A DNA stretch of 64,000 nt from an uncultured Acidobacteriota bacterium. GTDB lineage: Bacteria; Acidobacteriota; Thermoanaerobaculia; UBA5066; Gp7-AA6. The notes below the pieces were generated by a model. That model was not told where the DNA came from and made no database searches. It was given only the letters and a program-made list of their open reading frames with translations. The translations under genes were made by a program, and so were the position numbers. Location of the stretch: positions 115,698 through 179,697 of the forward strand of contig CAWERV010000009.1 of assembly GCA_963811425.1 (NCBI GenBank), read 5' to 3'. Of the stretch, positions 39,048-49,014 are shown piece after piece. Position 1 is the first letter of the stretch, and each line of letters opens with the position of its first letter.

Positions 39048-40703
39048 CTACATCTCCTCGAGCCGCACCTTCGTGTCGGCGTCCTTCCACGCCGCCTCGA
39101 ACCGGGCGCGGGTCCACGCGGCGTCGGCCGTCTTCTTCTGCGCGTCCAGCGCCTCGGCGAGGCCGTAGAGCGAGCGGCCGTTGCGAGGGTTGATCTCGAG
39201 GTCCGCACGAAACACGATTTCGGCCTCGCGCGGCTGGCCGTCGAGGAGCAGCGCCGCCCCCAGGGACTCGCGGACCGGGTAGTACCAGGCCGGAGGCTCG
39301 TCGTAGGCGAGCGCGTCCTCGGCCGCGACGGCCTTCACCCAGCTCGCGATCGCGGCCTTGCGATCGCCCTTCGCCTCGAGGATGCGCGCGTCGAGCACGT
39401 GCGAGGCCACGATGAGAAGCGCGGCCGCGGTGTTCTGCGGGCCCGCCAGCATGTCGCCCGGCAGCGCGTTGCGCGCCATCACGAAGGCCTCCCGCAACGT
39501 CTCTGCCTTCTTGACCTCGCCCGCCGCCGCGGCGGCAATGGCGCGCGCGTAGAGCCACACCGCGCGCAAGAGCGGCAGCTTGGGCCCGGGATCCGGCATC
39601 TGCCGGATGTCGTCCCACTTGCGGAAGCGCAGCGCCACGAAGGTCGGCTGCAGGAGAAAGCCCTCGAGCATCGGCATCCCGGCGGCGCCGGGAAGAGCGT
39701 CGGCAAAAAGCACGTCGCCCGCCTTTTTCGCGGCCGCGTGACGGCCCGCCATACAGGCCGCGGCGGACTCGAAGTGCACGTTGTGGTTGTAATACATCAT
39801 CGGGTACATCCCCTGCGCGCCGGTCTCGCGGATGTACGCGCGGTCCACCTCGGCCGCCACGGCGTTCGCCTTCTCGGCGGCAACGTAGCTGCCGGTGCGC
39901 ATGTAGATGTGGGCCGGCATGTGGACGAGGTGCCCCGCGGAGGGCACGAGCGTCTCGAGGCGCGCGGCCGACGGCAGCGCCTTCTGCGGCTGCTTCGAAG
40001 CTTCGACGGCGTGGATGTAGTAGTGGTTGGCGCCGGGATGCTCGGGGTCGCGCTTCAGGACGGACTCGAGCACGGCGACGATCTCGAGAGTGTCTTCGCC
40101 GGGCGCGCCGTCGGGTTTCCAGAGCTTCCACGGATGGAGGTTCATGAGGCTCTCGGCGTACATCGTCGCAGCGTCGAGGTCGTCGGGATAGCGCGCCGAG
40201 AGCGCCCTCATCGCCGCCGCGTAGTCGCGCGCGAGCTTCGCCTTGTCAGCGGCGCCCGGGTCCGCGACGTAGCGCACCGACAATGCCTCGACGTACGCGC
40301 GCTCGTTCTCGGGCGCACCGGGGGAAAGCGCCAGCGCCTTGTCGACCTCGGCGCGCGCCTTCTTCAGCCGTTCGGCCTCGGGCGCCTCGTCGTTGTAGTT
40401 GGCGCCGAGGGCGAGCGCCATGCCCCAGTGAGGCATCGGGGATTTCGGGTCGAGCTCGGCCGCCTTCGCAAACGAGCGATACGCCTCCTCGTGGTTGAAG
40501 CCGAAGAGCAGCGTCACGCCCTGGTCGAAGTACTTCTGCGCTTCGCCGCTCGAGGTCTGGATCGGATGACGGTGCGCGCCGAGCCCCGAGAAGAGCTCCT
40601 GCGGTTTTCCCGCGGACGCCGGCGGGTGCCCGGCGTGCGGCGTCTGAGCGATGGCGGCCGCGCACGCGAAAACGGCGGCGGCGAACAGAAGGATTTGTTT
40701 CAC
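39048..40703 (-). CDS. Secreted TPR-like protein of unknown function
   Basis: Signal peptide after GTG 40703, AQKYFDQG..L.FGFNHEEA, HPGANHYYIH, HLVHMPAHIY, C-terminal FRADL..NPRNGRSL. Confidence 0.8.
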   Translation of the reverse strand: MKQILLFAAAVFACAAAIAQTPHAGHPPASAGKPQELFSGLGAHRHPIQTSSGEAQKYFDQGVTLLFGFNHEEAYRSFAKAAELDPKSPMPHWGMALALGANYNDEAPEAERLKKARAEVDKALALSPGAPENERAYVEALSVRYVADPGAADKAKLARDYAAAMRALSARYPDDLDAATMYAESLMNLHPWKLWKPDGAPGEDTLEIVAVLESVLKRDPEHPGANHYYIHAVEASKQPQKALPSAARLETLVPSAGHLVHMPAHIYMRTGSYVAAEKANAVAAEVDRAYIRETGAQGMYPMMYYNHNVHFESAAACMAGRHAAAKKAGDVLFADALPGAAGMPMLEGFLLQPTFVALRFRKWDDIRQMPDPGPKLPLLRAVWLYARAIAAAAAGEVKKAETLREAFVMARNALPGDMLAGPQNTAAALLIVASHVLDARILEAKGDRKAAIASWVKAVAAEDALAYDEPPAWYYPVRESLGAALLLDGQPREAEIVFRADLEINPRNGRSLYGLAEALDAQKKTADAAWTRARFEAAWKDADTKVRLEEM

Positions 40704-40918
40704 GGCAGTCTCCCTCATGCAGGCTCGTGATTCTATTGAGGTTCCCCGCTCGGCGATAAGGCCCACCCCTTTAATGACTTGAGTCTTCGGATCCTGGGAC
40801 CCGGGGGGCCGCCGTGTTCGACGCCCGGCTCCTGCCCGTGCCCGAAGCCGCCCTGGTGTGGTATTCGTTCGCCCCTTGCCCGGCCCGCAACGCGGCTGGC
40901 GCTTTGTTGGAGGACTTC

Positions 40919-43714
40919 ATGAATCTCCGGAAGAAGACCGGGCTCGGCCTGTTCGTGGGTTTGATCGCGGCGGGGAGCCGTCTTGCGGACGCGCAGACGG
41001 GGCTCGCACCGAAACCGGCGGCGAAGGCAAAGCCCGCGGCCGCGTCCGCCACGCTCACCGCGCCCGTCAAGGTGACGTCGGTCGAAGGCATCACCGAGTA
41101 CCGCCTCGGCAACGGCCTGCGCGTCCTGCTCTTTCCCGACCCGACCAAACCGACGATCACCGTGAACATCACGTACATGGTCGGCTCCCGGCACGAAAGC
41201 TACGGCGAGACGGGCATGGCGCACCTGCTCGAGCACCTCGTCTTCAAGGGCACGCCGAACCATCCCAACATTCCACAGGAGCTGACCGCCCACGGTGCGC
41301 GGCCAAACGGGTCGACCTGGTTCGACCGCACGAACTACTTCGAGACTTTCCAGGCGACCGACGAGAACCTGAAGTGGTCGCTCGAGCTCGAGGCGGACCG
41401 GATGATCAACTCGTACATCGCGAAAAAGCACCTCGATAGCGAGATGACCGTCGTGCGCAACGAGTTCGAGATGGGTGAGAACGATCCGGCTTCGATCCTC
41501 GAAGAGCGGGTCCTCTCGACGGCGTTCCTCTGGCACAACTACGGCAAGTCCACGATCGGCGCAAAGGCCGACCTCGAAAACGTTCCGATCGACCGGCTCC
41601 AGAACTTCTACCGGACCTTCTACCAGCCGGACAATGCGGTGCTTCTCGTCGCCGGCAAGTTCGACGAGGCGAAGACCCTTGCCCTCGTCAACTCGATCTT
41701 CGGAAAGATCCCGAAGCCGACGCGTCCCCTTCCGGTTTTCTACACGCTCGATCCGACGCAGGACGGCGAGCGCAGCGTCACGCTCCAGCGCGTGGGCGAC
41801 GTGCAGGCGATCGCGGCGGCGTACCACGTCCCCTCCGGAACGGATCCGTCGTCGGGCGCGGTCAACCTGCTCGAGCAGGTCCTCACGGACACGCCCTCGG
41901 GCCGCCTGTACAAGGCGCTCGTCGAGACGAAGAAGGCCACGTCCGTGGGCGGCTACTTCATGGAGCTCCACGATCCCGGCTTCGTGATCTTCAACGCGGA
42001 GGTCCGCCAGGAACAGGACGTCGAGGAAACGAAGACGGCCTTCGTCCGGACGCTCGACGCCGCGGGCGGCTCCGCGCCGATCACGAAGGAAGAGGTCGAG
42101 CGCGCCCGGGCGACGCTCCTGAAGAACATCGACCTGATGTTGAACAGCGCCGACCGCGTGGGCCTGAACCTCTCCGAGTACATCGGCCAGGGCGACTGGC
42201 GGCTCTTCTTTCTGAACCGGGACCGAATCCGCACCGCCACGACGGAAGACGTGCAGAAGGCCGCGGCCGCGTACTTGAAGCCCTCCAACCGGACCCTTGG
42301 CGTCTTCATCCCGACGGCCAGGCCGGACCGTTCCGAGATCCCGGCGCCCGTGGCCGCGGCGGCCGTCCTCCAGGACTACAAGGGCAACGCGGCCATGGCG
42401 GCCGGCGAAGCCTTCGACCCGTCGCCGGCCAACATCGAGGCGCGCACGAAGCGTTCGGAGCTGCCCAACGGCCTCAAAATCGCGCTCCTCTCGAAGAAGA
42501 CGCGCGGCGGCACGGTCGTCGCGACGCTGACGGTGCGCTTCGGCGACGAGAAGCGCCTCTTCGACAAGTCGACCGTCGCGGATCTCACGGCCGACATGCT
42601 CATGCGCGGCACGGCGAAGCACACGCGCCAGCAGATCAAGGACGAGCTCGACCGGCTGAAGGCCCGCATGACCGTCACGGGCCGCGCCACCCAGGCCAAC
42701 GTGACGATCGAGACCATCCGTGAGAATCTGCCCGCCGTGCTCGCCCTCGCCGCAGAAGTCCTCCGCGAGCCGGCGTTTCCGGCCAAGGAGTTCGACGAGC
42801 TCCAGCAGGAGAACCTCGCGCAGATCGAGCAGCAGCGCAGCGAGCCCGATGCGCTCGCCCCGAACACCTACCAGCGCCACATGAACCCGTACCCGAAGGG
42901 CGACGTGCGCTACGTGGACACGTTCGACGAATCGATCGCGAGCTACAAGGCCGCGACGCTCGACCAGGCGAGGAAGTTCTATGGTGACTTCTACGGCGCT
43001 TCCACGGGCGAGCTCGCCATCGTTGGCGACTTCGACGACGCCGCGGCGGCGAAGCAGGCCGCGGAGCTCTTCGGCTCCTGGAAGAGTCCGGCACGCTTCG
43101 AGCGCGTGGCCCAGCCCTACCAGGACGTCGCGGCCGAGAACAAGGAGCTCGAGACGCCGGACAAGGCCAATGCGTTCTTCATCGCGGGCCAGAATCTTCC
43201 GCTCGGCGACGAAGACCCCGACTATCCGGCCCTCGTGCTCGGCAACTACATGCTCGGCGGCGGCTTCCTGAACTCGCGCCTCGCCGTCCGCATCCGCCAG
43301 AAGGACGGCCTCTCCTACGGCGTCGGGTCGCAGTTCCAGGCCTCGCCGCTCGACAAGGCCGGCGCGTTCACGGCCTACGCGATCTACGCGCCGCAGAACG
43401 AGGCGAAGCTCGAGGCCGCGTTCCTTGAAGAGGTCGCCCGCGTCTTGAAGGACGGGTTCGAGGCGAAAGAGATCGCCGAGGCCAAGTCCGGCTGGCTCCA
43501 GTCGCGCCAGGTCACGCGCGCGCAGGATGCGCAGCTCGCGCGCACGCTCGCGACCGATCTCTACATCCAGCGCACCCTCGCCTGGGACGCCGCCCTCGAA
43601 AAGAAGGTCGAGGCGCTGACGGGCGAGCAGATCGTGGCCGCGATGCGCAAGCACCTGGATCCCACGAAGATGACGATCGTGAAGGCGGGGGATTTCGCCA
43701 GGAAAACACCGTGA
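40919..43714 (+). CDS. Secreted M16 (pitrilysin-family) zinc protease, two-module
   Basis: Signal peptide, GMAHLLEHL (HxxEH), NGSTWFDRTNY, VVRNE, SRL..RIRQKDGLSY. Confidence 0.93.
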   Translation: MNLRKKTGLGLFVGLIAAGSRLADAQTGLAPKPAAKAKPAAASATLTAPVKVTSVEGITEYRLGNGLRVLLFPDPTKPTITVNITYMVGSRHESYGETGMAHLLEHLVFKGTPNHPNIPQELTAHGARPNGSTWFDRTNYFETFQATDENLKWSLELEADRMINSYIAKKHLDSEMTVVRNEFEMGENDPASILEERVLSTAFLWHNYGKSTIGAKADLENVPIDRLQNFYRTFYQPDNAVLLVAGKFDEAKTLALVNSIFGKIPKPTRPLPVFYTLDPTQDGERSVTLQRVGDVQAIAAAYHVPSGTDPSSGAVNLLEQVLTDTPSGRLYKALVETKKATSVGGYFMELHDPGFVIFNAEVRQEQDVEETKTAFVRTLDAAGGSAPITKEEVERARATLLKNIDLMLNSADRVGLNLSEYIGQGDWRLFFLNRDRIRTATTEDVQKAAAAYLKPSNRTLGVFIPTARPDRSEIPAPVAAAAVLQDYKGNAAMAAGEAFDPSPANIEARTKRSELPNGLKIALLSKKTRGGTVVATLTVRFGDEKRLFDKSTVADLTADMLMRGTAKHTRQQIKDELDRLKARMTVTGRATQANVTIETIRENLPAVLALAAEVLREPAFPAKEFDELQQENLAQIEQQRSEPDALAPNTYQRHMNPYPKGDVRYVDTFDESIASYKAATLDQARKFYGDFYGASTGELAIVGDFDDAAAAKQAAELFGSWKSPARFERVAQPYQDVAAENKELETPDKANAFFIAGQNLPLGDEDPDYPALVLGNYMLGGGFLNSRLAVRIRQKDGLSYGVGSQFQASPLDKAGAFTAYAIYAPQNEAKLEAAFLEEVARVLKDGFEAKEIAEAKSGWLQSRQVTRAQDAQLARTLATDLYIQRTLAWDAALEKKVEALTGEQIVAAMRKHLDPTKMTIVKAGDFARKTP

Positions 43715-43725
43715 CCGAACAGGCC

Positions 43726-43817
43726 GTCATCCCGAGGAGCAGAGTGACGAGGGACCCCGAACGCGACACGCGACCCCATCGATCCGGCACGGGATCCCTC
43801 GCTTCGCTCGGGATGAC
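43726..43817. repeat. Palindromic repeat family B, full copy (92 bp, 11-bp perfect terminal inverted repeats)
   Basis: GTCATCCCGAG...CTCGGGATGAC with inner GAGGGACCCC/GGGATCCCTC arms. Confidence 0.75.
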
Positions 43818-45930
43818 GCGCAATCCGCTCGGGGTCAAAACCTTCGCCTTCATTCTTTCGACAGGGTTGGCGGGTGTCGCGCTCGCCGGCGACCCAGCAC
43901 CGCCTGTTCCGCAAAAGGTGCCCCACATGCAAACGCTGCACGACGAGACCTTGAAGGACGACTACTTCTGGATGCGCGAGAAGGACAACCCGAAAGTCCG
44001 CGCATTCCTCGAAGCCGAGAACGCGTACACGGAAGCGTTCATGAAGCCGACCGAGGCGTTCCAGAAGGCGCTCTACGACGAGATGCTCGGCCGGATCAAG
44101 GAAACGGATCTCTCGGTCCCCTACCGCGACGGCGGCTGGTTCTACTACTCGCGCACCCAGAAGGGCGAGCAGTACCCGATCCATTGCCGCAAGAAGGCCA
44201 GCCTCGAAGCGCCCGAAGACGTCTACCTCGACCTCAACGCCCTCGCGAAGGGCGAGAAGTTCATGTCGGTCGCGGTGCGCGACGTCAGCGACGACGGGAA
44301 CCTGCTCGCCTACACGACCGACAACACGGGATTTCGCGACTACACGCTGCGCATCAAGGACCTGGCGACGGGCAAGCTCTTCCCGGAACAGGTCGCGCGC
44401 GCGGGCTCGGTGGCCTGGGCGGCCGACAACAAGACACTCTTCTACACGGTCACCGACCCGGCCAAGCGCCCGTACCGGCTCTACCGCCACACGCTCGGCA
44501 GCGACCCTTCGACCGATGTCCTCCTCTATGAGGAGAAGGACGAGATGTTCCGGGTCTTCGCCGGCCGCTCGCGCAGCAAGGCCATCCTCTTCGTCGGCGT
44601 CGCCTCACACACCTCGAGCGAGTGGCGCTGGCTCGCGGCCGACCAGCCGACGGCGGCCCTGCGCCTGATCAGTGCCCGCGAGAAGGACCACGAGTACGAC
44701 GTGGACCACCGCGGCGACCTCTTCTACATCCGCTCGAACAAGGGTTGCCGAAATTTCCGGGTCGTCACCGCACCCGTCGCCGACCCGGGACAGGGCAACT
44801 GGAAAGAGATGCTCCCCTGCCGCAGCGACGTGATGGTCGAGGACATCAACGTCTTCGCCGACTACGGCGTCTTCTCCGAACGCGAGGACGGACTGCCGCG
44901 GCTGCGCGTCACGGACTTGAAGTCGGGCGGCTCGTACCGCGTCGATTTCCCGGAGGCGATCTACTCGACCTACATCTCGAACAACTTCGAGTTCGCGACG
45001 AAAGAGCTGCGCTTCAACTACGAGTCGTTCACGACGCCGCCTTCGGTCTACGACTTCGACATGGCCACTCGGGAGCGCAAGCTCCTGAAGAAGCGTGAAG
45101 TCCTCGGCGGCTACGATTCTTCGAGCTACGCCTCCGAGCGCCGCTACGCCACGGCCGCCGACGGCTCGCGCGTTCCGATCTCGCTGGTCTACCGCAAGGG
45201 CTTCGTCGCCGACGGCAAGGCCCCGATGCTCCTGACGGCCTACGGCTCCTACGGCGCGCCGTCGGAGGCGGAATTCAACTCCAACCGCGTCAGCCTGCTC
45301 GACCGGGGCGTCGTCTATGCGGTCGGGCACATCCGCGGCGGCGGGGACCTCGGCAAGGCGTGGCACGACCAGGGACGGATGATGTCGAAGAAGAACACCT
45401 TCACCGACTTCATCGCCGTGGCCGAGGCGCTGATCGCGGACCGGTACACGTCGAAGGAGCGCCTCGTGATCGAGGGCGGCTCGGCCGGAGGCCTGCTCAT
45501 GGGCGCCGTGACGAACATGCGGCCGGACATCTTCCATGCCGTCATCGCACGCGTGCCCTTCGTGGACGTCATCAACTCGATGCTCGACGAGTCGCTTCCC
45601 CTGACGGTCGGCGAGTTCGAGGAGTGGGGCAACCCGAAGATCAAGGAGCAGTACGCCTACATGAAGTCGTACAGCCCGTACGACAACCTCGAGGCGAAGG
45701 CCTATCCGGCCATGCTGGTCAAGACCTCCTTCGACGACTCGCAGGTCATGTACTGGGAGCCCGCCAAGTACGTGGCCAAGCTGCGGACCCTGAAGACCGA
45801 CAAGAACCCGCTCCTCTTCAAGATCAACATGGCCGGCGGCCACGGCGGATCCTCGGGGCGGTACGACCGCTTGAAGGAGACAGCGTTCGACTACGCGTTC
45901 CTGTTCCGGGAAGTGGGGATTGCGAAGTAG
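43813..45930 (+). CDS. ptrB: Oligopeptidase B (S9A), secreted; start either ATG 43813 or GTG 43711
   Basis: DDYFWMR, YGSYG, HIRGGG, KKNTFTDFI, GGSAGGLL (Ser), DSQVMYWEPAK (Asp), GHGG (His). Confidence 0.92.
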   Translation: MTRNPLGVKTFAFILSTGLAGVALAGDPAPPVPQKVPHMQTLHDETLKDDYFWMREKDNPKVRAFLEAENAYTEAFMKPTEAFQKALYDEMLGRIKETDLSVPYRDGGWFYYSRTQKGEQYPIHCRKKASLEAPEDVYLDLNALAKGEKFMSVAVRDVSDDGNLLAYTTDNTGFRDYTLRIKDLATGKLFPEQVARAGSVAWAADNKTLFYTVTDPAKRPYRLYRHTLGSDPSTDVLLYEEKDEMFRVFAGRSRSKAILFVGVASHTSSEWRWLAADQPTAALRLISAREKDHEYDVDHRGDLFYIRSNKGCRNFRVVTAPVADPGQGNWKEMLPCRSDVMVEDINVFADYGVFSEREDGLPRLRVTDLKSGGSYRVDFPEAIYSTYISNNFEFATKELRFNYESFTTPPSVYDFDMATRERKLLKKREVLGGYDSSSYASERRYATAADGSRVPISLVYRKGFVADGKAPMLLTAYGSYGAPSEAEFNSNRVSLLDRGVVYAVGHIRGGGDLGKAWHDQGRMMSKKNTFTDFIAVAEALIADRYTSKERLVIEGGSAGGLLMGAVTNMRPDIFHAVIARVPFVDVINSMLDESLPLTVGEFEEWGNPKIKEQYAYMKSYSPYDNLEAKAYPAMLVKTSFDDSQVMYWEPAKYVAKLRTLKTDKNPLLFKINMAGGHGGSSGRYDRLKETAFDYAFLFREVGIAK

Positions 45931-47307
45931 CCGGTCGCGGGTCTTCGCGATCGGTGTCGTCGGGGCGGCCCTTGTGGCCGCTCAGCGGTCCCTCCCCTAC
46001 GCCGCCGGGAACGAGCTGCCCGTCTCCGAGTTCCGCGCGCGCCGCGCGGACGCGATGGCGCGGATGCCGGACGGAATCCTCCTCGTCCCCTCGCGCGCGT
46101 TCGGCTTCCACACGGACCAGGATTACCTCGCCAGCTTCCAGCAGAGCCCGAACTTCTTCTACTTCACCGGCCTTCCGAGCGCGGCCGGCGCGGTGCTCGC
46201 GATCGACGGCGCGGCGAAGGAAACCTGGCTCTTCGTTCCGACGAAGCTGCCCGGCATCGCAGGGATGCTGAAGATCCTCCTCGTCGAGCCCGGAGAGGCG
46301 TCGGCAAAGCGGCTCGCGATCGACCACGTCGTCGACCGCAAGGAGCTCCCCGCATTTCTCGCGCGGCGCGAGGAGGCGAAGCCGGGACTCCTTCTCTATG
46401 CCCCCGGCGCGAAGGACGGCCACGCCTTCCCGCTCGACATCGCGCTCGACGATCCCGCGGCCGCCTGGAACCACGCCCTCGGCGAGATCTGGACGCCCGC
46501 GAAGCATCCGCGACGCCGAGCCCGATCCTCTCCTCGATGCGCCTCGTGAAGAGCCCGGCCGAGATCGAGGTCCTGCGCCGCGTCGGCAGGTCGAGCGCGG
46601 CGGCCCTCGACGCCGGCCTGAAATCCCTCGCGCCGGGAATCCCGCAGCGCCAGGCCGAGGCCGCGGTCGTGTCGGGCTGCATCGCCGCCGGCGCCGAGGG
46701 GCCGTCGTTCTGGCCGTGGGTGATGACGGGCGAGAACAGCGCCTTCCCCGCTCCCTTTCAATCGCTCGGCGACTACCGGCACCTGAACCGCGTCATGAAG
46801 GCGGGCGAGGTCGCGCGCGTGGACGTCGGCTGCGACATGGACCACTACAAGGGCGACGTCGGACGCACGGCCCCGGTCTCCGGCCGCTTCGACGCCGGAC
46901 AGCGCGAGACCTGGGAGCTGCTCGTCGCCGCGTACCGCGCCGGGCTCGCGACCTTCCGCGACGGCGTCACGCGCGACGCCGTCTTCGCCGCCTGCCTGGC
47001 CGAGGTCCGCCGCCGCCAGCCGTCGCTCACGACGCCGCTCGGCAAGAAGGCCGCCGAGGTCCTTCTCGGCAAAGACGGCCTCGTGTGGTGGGAGATCCAC
47101 GGCGTCGGCCTCGACTCGGCCGAATGGATGCCCGAGACCCTCAAGACCGGGATGACCGTCGATTTCGAGCCCATCTTCTCGGTCGAGGGCCAGGGCTTCT
47201 ACCTCGAGGACATGATTCTCATCACCCCGACGGGCTACGAGATCCTGACTCCGGGGCTTCCCTACTCGGCCGACGAGATCGAGCGCGCCTCCGGCGCCCG
47301 GAAATAG
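45920..47307 (+). CDS. Secreted M24 (Xaa-Pro aminopeptidase-like) peptidase, frameshift near 46500-46540
   Basis: N-domain F.QSPNFFYFTG; C-domain RLVKSPAEI, VDVG, GDVGRT, HGVGL, FEP, LEDMILIT. Start uncertain. Confidence 0.8.
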
Positions 47308-47317
47308 GCGTCCGAGG

Positions 47318-49014
47318 CTAGCCGCCCTTGCGGGCGCCCGGACCGCGGAGCGCGCGGCCGGCTCTGGCGCCCGTGGGCTCCCCGTCCCGGAGCACGTGGA
47401 CGCCGTTGACGAAGACGTCGCGCACGCCCACCGAGTACTGCTGCGGCCGCTCGTACGTCGCCCGGTCCCCGATCGTCGCGGGATCGAACACGACGACGTC
47501 GGCGAACATCCCGGGCTGGAGCAGGCCGCGCCGATCGAGTCCCAGGTTCGACGCCGGCAGCCCGGAGAGCTTGCGAACGGCCTCGGCGAGAGAGAGGAGC
47601 TTCTCGTCGCGCACGTACTTGCCGAGCACGCGGGCGAAGTTGCCGTACGCGCGCGGGTGCGGCGACGACTTCAGGAAGACGCCCTCGGGGGCCTGCGAGT
47701 CCGCGTCCGAGCCGAACGACACCCAGGGCAGGCGTGATCTCCTTCTTCACGTTGTCCTCGGACATCAGGAAGAAGAGGGCGCCCACCGTCGCATTCGACT
47801 CGACGACCAGATCGATCGCGACGTCCACCGGGTCCTTGCCGCGCTCTTTGGCGATGTCGGCGAGGGTCTTCCCCTGCAGGGGCTTCATGGCCTCGGGACC
47901 GACGGCGGCGACGAGGACCCGGGACGGCGAGCCCGTCAGGAGGCAGATGTTCTCCCAGCCATCGCCCGGCCGGCGCATCTCTCCCGCGATCTTTGCCCGC
48001 GCCTCCGGGTCCTTCAAGCGGCCGATCATCGCGTCGTTGCCGCCGTCGTGCGCCCAGGGCGGCACGCACGCGTCGAGGCTCGTTCCGCCCGCGGTGTACA
48101 GGTACATGTTGGCCGAGATCTTTCAACCCCTGGCGGCGCGCCTCTTCGACCCGGGCGATGACCTTGTCCATCTTCGGCCAGTTGGCCTCGCCCGCGGCCT
48201 TCAGGTGGTAGATCTCGGCCGGCAGACCGGCCTCGCGGCTGATCCGGATGAGCTCGTCCACCGCCTCCAGGAGTCCGTCCGCCTCGCTGCGCATGTGCGA
48301 GATGTACTTGCCCTGGTATTTCGCCGCGACCTTGCAGAGCTCGATCAGCTCCTCGGTCGTCGCGTAGTTGCCGGGGGCATAGATCAGCGCGGACCCGATG
48401 CCGAGGGCCCCGGCCTCCATCTCCCGGCGGACGAGCTCGCGCATCGTGTCGAGCTCCTCCGGGGTCGGCGCGCGCTTGTCGAAGCCGACGGTGTACGCCC
48501 GGAGCGTCGTGGCGCCGATGTACGAGGCCACGTTCTGGGAGATGCCCCGCTTCTCGAGGAATGCCAGGTACTCGGCGAGCGTCGTCCAGGGCATCTCGTA
48601 GTGAAAGTCGGTCTGCTGGGACTCGAGGAACTTCCGGAGGCGCTCGTTCAGCGGCCCCATCGAAAAGCCTTCCCCGAAGATCTGCGTCGTGATGCCCTGG
48701 CGCAGCTCGCTCTGGGAACGCCCGTCGACGATCAGGGACTCGGTCGACCACGAGAGCATGTTGACGAAGCCGGGAGCGACGGCCATGCCCTTCGCGTCGA
48801 CGACGCGCGCGGCAGCGGCCTTCGAGAGATCGCCGACCGCCGCGACCTTGTCGCCGCGGATCCCGACGTCGGCCACGCGGCCCGGGCTTCCCGTGCCGTC
48901 GTAGACCGTGCCGCCGCGGATCACGACGTCGAACGGCGCTTCCCCGGCGCGCAGCGCCACGGCCGCGAAGAGAACGGCGGCGAGGACGGCGGCCCGCGCG
49001 CCGAGCCGCCGCAT
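47318..49014 (-). CDS. Secreted N-acyl-D-amino-acid deacylase-like amidohydrolase (frameshifts near 48125 and 47735)
   Basis: FDVVIRGGTVYDGTG, APGF, YISHMRSE, EIYHLK, FGSD, HPRAYGNFARVLG, ADVVVFDP, VFVNG; N-terminal signal peptide. Confidence 0.85.
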
